A DNA stretch of 55,419 bases from Phyllobates terribilis (Eukaryota), in NCBI RefSeq assembly GCF_046119375.1, contig NW_027367729.1, positions 1 to 55,419 of the forward strand, written 5' to 3'. This document shows positions 46,320 to 55,419 of the stretch, piece after piece. Under the pieces are notes generated by a model. The model was not told the origin of the DNA. It saw nothing but the letters and a program-made list of their open reading frames with translations, and ran no database searches. Positions within the stretch are counted from its first letter, which is position 1. Each line of letters starts with the position of its first letter. Both the position numbers and the translations under genes were made by a program.

Positions 46320-47215
46320 TTCAAAGCACACAAAATGCAACACATGGAAATATGTGCTCAATGCACTTCACCATACAACAGTTCACTGTTGTGACTCAAC
46401 AATTGCAAGGCAACACATGGAAATAAGTGCTCAATGCACTTCAACAATGTAAGTGCTCAGCACAGCTTCAAAGCACTACCAAAATGCAGTTCATCACTGC
46501 CATAAGTGATCAATGCAATTCAACACTGCACACAACAGTTCATCACTGTCATTATAAGTGCTCAATACACCTTCAAAGCACAATTAATGGCAACAAATGC
46601 CACCTCAGTTAGTGACAACACTGTGCAACAAATTATGTGCACAGTTCACTCCACATTTCAGTCCACAAGGCCAAGCTAAAGCCATCCATCAAAGCTGACT
46701 TATAACAATAATCAGTAGCCTGTACAAGCACCAGAAAACAGCATCACACTTCAGGTTGTGTTACTGAGATACAGTACAATCAAAGTTCAGTACAATCATG
46801 CACATAAAGAAATGGTAATCAAATGTTCAGGTTCTCTTGTTGTCAGCTATATAGCTTAGAAATCAAATTGATGAGATGAAAGAACTATGTTACTAGGCCT
46901 CAAACTTCAGGTTTTATCCCTGAGTTTGTAATCAAAGTTCAGGTCCAGTTACCTCCATCCAGTCACCTCTCAATCCAAATCACCTCAACAGGAATTACTC
47001 AATCCAAATTACCTCAATCTAGTTACCTAAATACAAATCAAGCAATCCTTACAAATGGTAAACAAACTCAGAAATGGTAAACAAATCAGCTTAAGGGCTT
47101 CGAATTTAGGGCTTCGATTATGATTTAGGGCTTCGATTGTGATTTAGAGCTTCGATTGCATCGATTAAGGTCTTCGAATCTAGGGCTTCGTTTGATTCGA
47201 TCTAGGGCTTCAAGC
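46320..47215. repeat. Clusters of short degenerate repeats (GTGCTCAATGCACTTCA, TTACCTCAATCCAAAT, TTAGGGCTTCGA)
   Basis: Several copies of each motif at 46320-46620, 46945-47030 and 47090-47215. Confidence 0.7.
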
Positions 47216-47949
47216 AGAAATCAACCATTTCAATGGAAACAACGACGAGTTTAGAGGAGATTCACGTTACCTGGCGCTGCGAATAGGTCGTGTTCTTCCC
47301 TGGCGCTGCGAAGAGCTTGTGTTCTACCCAAGGGCAACTTCGATAGAAGAAGTTCAACCACAACAATTGAAATTGAAAAACCCACAAATCTCGGTTGAAG
47401 ATTAGGGATTGAAATCGATTGAAAACAACCTCAATTCAACTGATTTCAATCGATTGAAATGAAGAGTACACCGAACGCGAGTTTTTCAATCGCTTCAATA
47501 CCCCTCCCGAACGCAGCCTAAATCTTCCAACAATTCAACCAAAAAACTTATAGAACCAAAGATATACTAAATCACTAATACAACTCAAATATTCCAATAT
47601 TTCAAGATTTCAACCATAAAATGCATATATATCACATTATTTTAACTAAATAACTTCAATAACTACTAAATCACCCAACAATTATGCAAAACTAGTTATA
47701 AATCTAAATATTAATCAAATATCATATATAATGCTAGAAAATCAGTAACTAATCATATTAACTTCAATTAGGATGTTTAGGATCGAAGAACAACCAATCG
47801 AGAAGCCTAACAAGCCCCGTAATCAACTCAAACCAAGCAAAAATTGATTCGGAAAGGAGTATTTGCGCAGAGGAGTTTTGTGGAGGCGGAACGAAAGAGA
47901 TAATGAGGTTTAGGGCCGATTTTTTGCTTTTATAAGCCTAAAAGCGCGC

Positions 47950-48071
47950 CTCGTCACGAATGCGTTGACAAATGACTCTTGGGGAGCTCGTGATGAGGAG
48001 CTTTCCCAGGCGCGTCACGAGCGTCTAAATTTTACTCGTGACGAGTGTCTTTGTGGATACTCGTGACAAAC
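47950..48071. repeat. TCGTGAC/GTCACGA cluster ending in CAAACACGGAC, the probable right end of a DNA transposon
   Basis: Four exact motif copies plus one variant. The reverse complement GTCCGTGTTTG resembles PIF/Tourist TIRs, but no clean TAA/TTA TSD follows. Confidence 0.5.
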
Positions 48072-48344
48072 ACGGACACAATGGTTACTAAAAAAATTAA
48101 TACAAAACATAGCAATCATCTATACAAAATGAGACTAATGATCAAAATTCTTTATGAATTTCTTCGGGGGAAAAAATTTCACTCATGAACTACTTCTGTT
48201 AAAGAAAACAAGAGAGGCTGTTAATTGCAATTTGTTAGAGAAGTTGTAAAACATACAAAAGGAGGATATTTTTTGTCTTCGAAATTGGGTTTACAAAACC
48301 CCCTCTGATATTTCCCCCCTTTCTGCAACTCCTCCTAACCAGCC

Positions 48345-48514
48345 ATTCGAATCGCAGCATAGCCATTAACCACTTCGGCTATCTCCTCCATTTCCTATCC
48401 TGCGATTCGAATCGCAGCATAGCCATTAGCCACTTCGGCTATCTCCTCCATTTCCTACCCTGCCGATTCGAATCGCAGCATAGCCATTAGCCACTTCGGC
48501 TATCTCCTCCATTT
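48345..48514. repeat. 60-bp tandem repeat, about 2.8 copies, upstream of the PPR gene
   Basis: ATTCGAATCGCAGCATAGCCATTA(A/G)CCACTTCGGCTATCTCCTCCATTT at 48345, 48405 and 48466. Confidence 0.93.
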
Positions 48515-49538
48515 TTCTTTTGGATGCTTGGTTGCAAATCAAGACTCCTTATCTGAATCCTTCCTTCTTCTCCGAGACTACCGCGCAGTCATTGCTCGAC
48601 GCCGCCCGCAGCCACTGCTCCCCTAATCTCCCGCCCGTGTTTTCCGATTCTCCAACATGCAGTACACCACTCCGTCGAGGTCTTACCTATTCTTTTCTAG
48701 TGCTGTTTCCACTTCCAATGATTACATTTCGAAATGTTTCTCTGATGTGGCAGTATATTATGATAATTTGTCTTCTTCACTTATGTAATTGCGAGGAAGA
48801 ACAGTTCTGGAATTCAAAATCTGAACTCTCTTCTATGCTTTACAGGTAAGCTAAGACCACGTAGTAATCACTTCTTCTCATGGAATTGTAAAGATCAAGG
48901 ATGACAATACGACCTGTACGTGTGTACAGTTTATGTGGGAGGAGAAAGGAAAATAATGAAAAAGAAGAAGGTCTATCATCGAAGGTGAAGTTCTATTGCT
49001 CTACCGTTTGGTTGTACATTCTTGTTCGATATGGTGTATGATTGACCAATTGATTATCTTCTGAACTTTGATAATTTTATTTTCTGTTTGGGTTGAACTT
49101 TCTGAATAGTTGTTTTGCTCATGGTTTCTCTTCAAGCAATTTAGTACATAGCTTGCATACACTCTTCTACATGCATTGATTATTGAAGTATGGCTTCTCT
49201 CGTCACTTATAACTCGTAAGAAATAAGTAATTAGTGTACAGATTTGGAGTTTGAACCTTTCCATAGAGCAGAATTGACAAGTGTGTTTTCTATGCCAGAA
49301 TATGTCACTCTATATCAATTTAATAGGAAAATACTTGTTCTGCAAATAATGTGAAACATATGAACTTTGTACCATTTTCTTACGCGTTAAGTTCAGATAA
49401 GTTTATTATTTTGAAACACTAGCAATCATCCCAATGACTTAAACTTGGATCTTTTTCTCTTCCTATACTTGGGCTTAGCAGGGAATTTCATTGGTCTGTG
49501 ATGTGTTTGTTTGCTGCAGTACTTTTTTATGCATATAG

Positions 49539-51470
49539 GTGAAATATTTATGTGTATTGAAATGTCAAAATCAGGTCCTGTTGGAAAGTGGTAGGAAGCG
49601 AATGAAGGTTATCTCATCACAGGATGTTATGAGGATACTGAAGTCAATTTCAGACCCAAATGATGCTTTTGAACATTTCCAGTCAGTTGGAAAGATGTCT
49701 GATGTATTTCACACCACAGAAACTTGCAATTATATGCTTGAAGTCTTGAGGGCAGAAAGAAAGACCACCGACATGGCATTTGTGTTTGATCTGATGCAAA
49801 AGAAAATGATCAACAGGAATTTAACCACTTACTTGACTATTTTCAAAGCATTTGATGTGAAGGGTGGTATACGTCAGGCTGTATTGGGACTCGAAAGAAT
49901 GAGGAGTAATGGACTTGTGTTGAACGCTTATTCCTACAATGGCTTAATACATTTGCTTATTCAATCTGGATTTTACTGTGAGGCTTTGGATGTATATAGA
50001 AGGATGATCTCTGAAGGGCATAGCCCGGTCTCAAGACCTATTCAGTACTTATGGTTGCATTAGGGAAGAGAAGGGATACTGAAACTGTAATGGATTTGTT
50101 AGAAGAGATGGAAAGTCTGGGGTTGAATCCAAATGTTTGTACATTCAACATTTGTATCAGAGTTCTTGGTAGGGCTGGGAAGATCGATAAGGCATATGAG
50201 ATCTTAAAAAGAATGGATGCTGAGGGTTGTGGGCCTGACGTGGTTACATACACAACTCTAATAGATGCATTATGTAGATCTGGAAACCTCACTGATGCTA
50301 AATCCTTGTTTATAAAGATGAAGTCCACAAGCCAAAAGCCTGATAGAGTAACATATAGTACCTTGATGGCTAAATTCAGTGACCATGGGGACTTGGAAAA
50401 TGTGAGGGAGCTTTGTACTGAAATGGAAGCTGACGGATATAATGCTGATGTTGTTACTTGCACAATACTGATTGGTGCTTTATGCAAATCTGGGAAAGTT
50501 GATGAAGCATTTGAGCAGCTAGAAACCATGCAGAAGCGAGATATTATGCCCGATCTTCATACTTACAACTCCATTATAGGTGGGCTTCTCAGAGTGAATC
50601 GATTAACCGATGCATTAGCTCTGTTCGACAGTTTACCTTCTGTTGGGATTCAACCTACAGCTTACAGCTACAGTCTGTTCATAGACTATTATGGAAAGTG
50701 TGGAGCATCGAGTAAAGCTCTTGATATGTTTGAGAGGATGAAAAGAAAAGGAATTGTTCCTAATGCTATCACACATAATATAGTCATATCTGGGCTTGTG
50801 AATTCGGGCCGTTTGGACGAAGCTGTAGATATGTATTATAATCTTGTGAGTCGCGACTTTTCTCCGGACTGTTTTACGTACGGGCCTCTGATAGATGGGC
50901 TTGCTAAATCCGGAAGATTGGAGGAAGCGAAGATGTTCTTCGATGAGATGTGTGATTATGGATGCGAACGCAACGCTGCTATATATAGCATCCTTATTAA
51001 TGGATTTGGTAAATCAGGCGACGTCGAAAGCGCTGCTGATTTGTTTAAGGAGATGATTAGGGAGGGAATAAGGCCGGATATTAAATCTTACTCGATTTTA
51101 GTTGATTGTTTGTGTATGGCTGGGAAGGTTGATGATGCTTGGCGTTACTTTCAGGAGATTGAATCTAAAGGCCTTGATCGTAATTTGTTTTGTTATAATC
51201 TTATGATTGATGGGTTTACGCTTGATTTGTATACGTATAATGCTATGATACTTCATTGGGGAACGTTGGGATGATTGAAGAAGCGAGTAAATTGTATGAA
51301 GAGATGGAGTTAAAGGGTCTTAAGCCTAATGTGTTTACGTACAATGCTTTGATTCGTGCTTATGGGGTTTCTAGGAATCGGAGCAAGCGTATGTTGTGTA
51401 TCAGAGAATGATTATGGGTGGATGCATACCTAATGCTGTAACGTTTCAGCATCTTCCTAATCAGTTTTAG
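49539..51470 (+). CDS. PGR3: PGR3-like chloroplast P-class PPR gene with two in-frame internal deletions and three 1-bp frameshifts; N-terminal exon(s) unresolved
   Basis: [67 protein letters not shown] and the terminal LPN match Arabidopsis PGR3 (At4g31850) as I recall it. May be a pseudogene. Confidence 0.88.
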
Positions 51471-51609
51471 AATCTTCCGAAAGAAAGGTTGCTTCTTCAT
51501 CCGCTTCTGTTATACATACATATGTGAATTTGAACCTCTAATCTTATTGCATATCAGAAAATCCGTGCTTTTAACAAAGTGTGCTGACATATCATATGTA
51601 ATAATTAAG

Positions 51610-52458
51610 GTCATCTTTTGCTGCTGTGGTTGCTAAAGTTGCTTCACCTTTCTTTTCAACCGTTGCATTATCAGTTTTTCTTCTGGTTTCACTCTAATGT
51701 TTGGTTCGTGACTTGTTTCCTGTGATTGCACTAATAAAGAATCAACAAACAGTTATCATCAAACTACCACTGGCGCTATGGTTAAATAAGGATGAATAGG
51801 ACCTTTGCAGGTTCTGCAGGGGCCTCCTCCATCTTCAAGGTGTCTTTACTGCTTGTTTTGCCTTCTCAAATTATGCTTAAACCATGGGCCAAACTGTCAG
51901 AAGTAAAGCTAGTTAGCTTGTTCAAGTACGTTGTATCTCTAATGTAGTAACACTGATATAGACTTGAATACAATTTACCTATCTGGTGAGATGATGAGTT
52001 TCCCATTCCTGTACTCATGTTTTTTGTTCATCAGATGATAAGAAATCGTAGACACCACAATCTCTTCTATGTAATTGCTGAGGATTGATGTGTCTGAGAC
52101 ACAAATAGAACCAAGATCATCACATTCAACATAGTTAGATGCAAGTGGTTTCTGTTATCTGGATGCTGGATCATCTTCATATCCTCCTCCAGCTGAGATT
52201 TCCAGCTAACCAGATGAGTCTCTTCTTCAGTGGGCTTGATTTCGATGTTATAGGGGAATAGATCAAATATTTTATCATCCAATTCTCCACATTCCCTATC
52301 TGGATCAGTTATGAGTGAGCCTAAAATCAACACTGGCCCTGACAGTCTCTTTATCATCTTGAGCAACAAGTTGTACACCCTTTGAGATTTAGAGAGGAGC
52401 TTGTCGACATCTCTAGGTACAAAGTGATAGGATATGTTTTCGACACAGTCAATAAAAC
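51610..52458 (-). pseudogene. Fragment of an AAA-ATPase gene (At1g64110/At4g28000-like); exons 52458-51979, 51893-51803 and a remnant
   Basis: LSGPVLILGS, LFPYNIEIKP, LVSWKSQLEEDMKMIQ, ECDDLGSIC, NYIEEIVVSTISYHLM and SLAHGLSI. Frameshifts and a stop are present, and no Walker motifs are seen. Confidence 0.85.
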
Positions 52459-53204
52459 CTGCCAAATAAGTAAGCAATAGCTTTTATAGATCACATCTTA
52501 ATACTATATTCTGGATTACAGACAACATGCAAAGAGAAAATCCGTGCTTGATAACTTGTTGCGACTGTGAAGTCTGATTATTAGTTGGGTAATAATTAAG
52601 GTAATGTTCTTACTTGAATTTGGTATTCACAACATGGTCATGTTTTGGTAATATGAAATGAAATCATCTGCAACTCAAAGTGCAGTTATACTCACAAAAG
52701 CTCTCACTGCTGATGTCTTCCAGTGACAAGCTTCTGGCACTAAGATAAGATTTGTAACTACTGTTTTTTTTAATCCTTGCGTAATTTAGAACTGGACAAT
52801 CTTTTGCTACCTCATCAATCATATTCAGTATATATGTATCGTCATCATTGCCTCTGAATATGTACACAAGTGTTGAGAGCGTCACAAGTTCATCTTTCCA
52901 AGGTTTTTAGTGTGCAGATTTATGAACATTGAGCTGAATTTGTGAGAGATTATGGTCAGATGGCTTCCTTGAAATAAAAATTCAATGTTTTTAAGCAGTT
53001 TCTTTTTGAACAAATGTTTTTAAGCAGTTTTATTTTGCTGCAATGCAGTGTTATTAATTCATTTGTGGGCATAGACTATTTTGTGAATTTATAATTTTTT
53101 CTTGTAATGGGTTATCCCATATTTATCCAAATTGTGGGATACACTCAGAGTATGTATAATGCATCGATTCAACTCGGGTAGGAAAATCATTACTTATCAG
53201 ATTC

Positions 53205-53610
53205 GGCCAGACTCGTTAAAACTCGTAGACTCGGAATAGACTCGTACGAGTCTATTAATTGTACAATTTTATTAATTTCAGCCTAATTTTTGTATTTTTT
53301 GAAGGAGGCTCATATTTGGATCTAAAAACCTAGCTCTTATCTCAACAAGCCTTGTGAATTAAAAAAATTAACTAAAACAATAAACAAAACTAAATGAATT
53401 ACTACACTTACTTATTTGGTAAATAAACATTAAGTTTTATTAACAAAATTAGCCTAGGGGGGTTTTACAAATTTCATAGAAATATTAAATTAATTTCTTT
53501 AAGTATTTATTATATATTTTCTTAATTTAAGTTTATATTATATATATATATATTATATTTATTAAATTTTATTATTTTAGTAAACTCTTACAAGTTAACG
53601 AGTTATGGTC
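53205..53610. mobile_element. Possible hAT-type MITE remnant
   Basis: Clustered ACTCG/CGAGT repeats (GACTCGTACGAGTC palindrome) at the left and AACGAGT at the right of an AT-rich core. TIR and TSD are not resolved. Confidence 0.35.
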
Positions 53611-54049
53611 CTTCAGGTAGTTTTCACTAAAAAAGTCTTTACTTTGCCTTTGAAAACCGTTCATTTCTTATACTTTGCTACTAGGCTTATGGAAGATTCG
53701 TTTACGTGGGCCATCTAGAAAAAGTTTGAACCTTTCAACTCTAGCACATGACATGTTGAAAAATCTTAAACATACTCGTGTCCAAGCTTACAATCAAAAG
53801 GCCATCATGTTCAAAGAAAAAGAGAAAGTGAATCAAATAAAATTAAATTTAGATAAGAAAAAATATAATTAGATTCTTTTGATTAAAAAGTATAAAACTA
53901 AATATTTTAAATATAAGACCGTTTTAAATTTGGGATATTTCAAATACATAACAGTATGATTCCGATGAGAGTGGATGTTAGAAATAAAATGCTTTAGGTG
54001 TCGGATTTACTAAAACAAGTCGTTCGGATTAAAACCTGAAAATAGATTA

Positions 54050-55419
54050 TGCGTATAATGTAGTAGAGTTATTGTACATACAAAAGCAAAAGTGCTCGTA
54101 AGAGGTATGCATGTGCATGTCGTTGTGTATAAAATAAGAATCTGTCATCTTGGGTTTATAATCACGAACCCTTCCCTTATCAGGGAACGAGGGCTTTCCA
54201 CCCCCATGGTTGAGGGCGATCCCACTTAAGCCATTGGGATTCCTCTTTCCTCCTTGCAAGACGACCTCCTCCGCATATATCTGGTAAAAAATAAGACCAT
54301 GCACCGCGAAATATGTCGTCGTACGCTGTCTGTATAAACCAAGTTTAAATTTCCCCTCAACCAAGTTGTTCATCAACACATACTTGACCATCTTGGTCTG
54401 TAGATTTCGAATCTGGGCAGTTGCACTTGTAAAATGCGTAAGAAGTCAAATAGCGGCTCATCCATCCCCTGCAAGGTCGCGATCAAATCCCGGACTTCCT
54501 TCTGCCTTCTCCAGCATTGCCAAAGTGGGGCTGGAACTTTTCGGTGAACTCCTTAAACGATCCAACCAAACCCGTCTCTTGCCCAAGAGAGTGCCACACC
54601 CTTTAAAGTCGAAGTGAACGCGCAACAGAGCAACGCATTGTCAAACACTTTTAAGCTCATGTGAACCATAAACTCTTGAACGTGCACGTCGGGATCCTGG
54701 GTGCCATCATACGCCTCCATCAACCAGTTGTTGAACACCCTTTGGGATAACATCATCACACACATCCCGTGAAAAGATCAAAATATTGTGCAACCCTTTG
54801 AAAGGGCTCTTGAAGTCTACCGCAGTCTTAGCCACTTTCTCTTTTCTCCTGGAACTGGTTGTCGAGGTCTCCATAGAGCTTGACACAGAACTTGCACAGG
54901 AAAAACGATTCCTCGAAGGGCCCTCACCTAAACCTCTAGGATAGGAAAACTGACCCCCATATCCCGTTGGATGCGAGTATGCGGAGGCGGCATGAACTGG
55001 TGATAAACAGACGGGTTTGGTGGATACGACGTCCATTGACGGAACGCCGAAGCAGGGACTGCATCACCACGGGCCCGCGTCGGTGGGAGGCCAAGCATCA
55101 GGGATGTACTATGGTTGAGGATCTACACCAGGGGGTCCCCACCCTTCTTTGAAAAACGGGTCATGAGGGAAATAACCAGGTTCTAGAGGAACGTAGTTGT
55201 CGTCTTGTGGGGCGTGCTCAGGCTCTCGAAGAGGGTATCCAGACCACGAGTCTTCACGAGAATCCATTTATTTGATTGAAAGAGCTAAGATAAGGATACT
55301 AAATTGAACAAAACCTCTCAAAATGAGATGGTTCCCACATACGACGCCAATGAAGACATTCAAAAATGAATTCAAAAACAAGGGAAAATCACTGGTATAT
55401 TGATCGCAATTAATACATC
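54050..55419 (-). mobile_element. Collapsed Ty3/Gypsy Tat/Retand-type element: LTR end (55351 onward), PBS and gag remnant
   Basis: PBS TGGCGTCGTATGTGGGAA (55332-55349) resembles the tRNA-Lys(UUU) type, next to ...TGTCTTCA. Gag motif YDGTQDPDVHV...ALLCCAFTSTLKGVALSW is present. Confidence 0.8.

Noticed and set aside
46201-46612. Three overlapping His/Gln/Cys-rich ORFs as a gene
   Set aside because: They arise from a degenerate TGCA/CA-rich repeat, have no splice or motif support, and one strand lacks stops for compositional reasons.
47090-47215. TTAGGG-containing repeats as interstitial telomere
   Set aside because: The unit is TTAGGGCTTCGA with variable spacers, not tandem TTTAGGG.
48345-48514. 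Regularly spaced repeats as a CRISPR-like array (also 42931-43069)
   Set aside because: The units are contiguous copies with no unique spacers, the context is a eukaryotic intron-containing genome, and there are no cas genes.

Overview
Plant (eudicot) nuclear genomic DNA, about two thirds transposon-derived. Host genes: tRNA-Asp(GTC); an intact 3-exon DUF1279/FAM210-like gene; an intact 10-exon cytosolic tyrosyl-tRNA synthetase; a 6-exon GMP synthase with four 1-bp frameshifts; a PGR3-like PPR gene that has lost about ten internal PPR motifs in frame; and decayed fragments of RPL17 and an AAA-ATPase. Transposons: a full-length defective Sirevirus-type Ty1/copia element (A, 3005-15482) holding a Gypsy-like solo LTR that itself holds a Sirevirus solo LTR; a pol-less Sirevirus (B); a short deleted copia (C); further LTR fragments; a tRNA-derived SINE; Tourist and Stowaway MITEs; an L1 endonuclease remnant; a hAT-like element carrying the RPL17 fragment; a PIF/Harbinger (Myb + DDE) flanked by two unknown ORFs; and a collapsed Tat/Retand element at the right edge. 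Best leads: (1) a candidate phase-0 intron that would splice the Sirevirus Gag extension out to make Gag-Pol, with element C resembling the spliced product; (2) about 7-fold enrichment of GCGAC/GTCGC across element B; (3) a possible four-ORF Harbinger with TCGTGAC clusters; (4) the internally deleted PGR3. All coordinates and counts were made by hand and no database search was run. Family names come from motif recognition.
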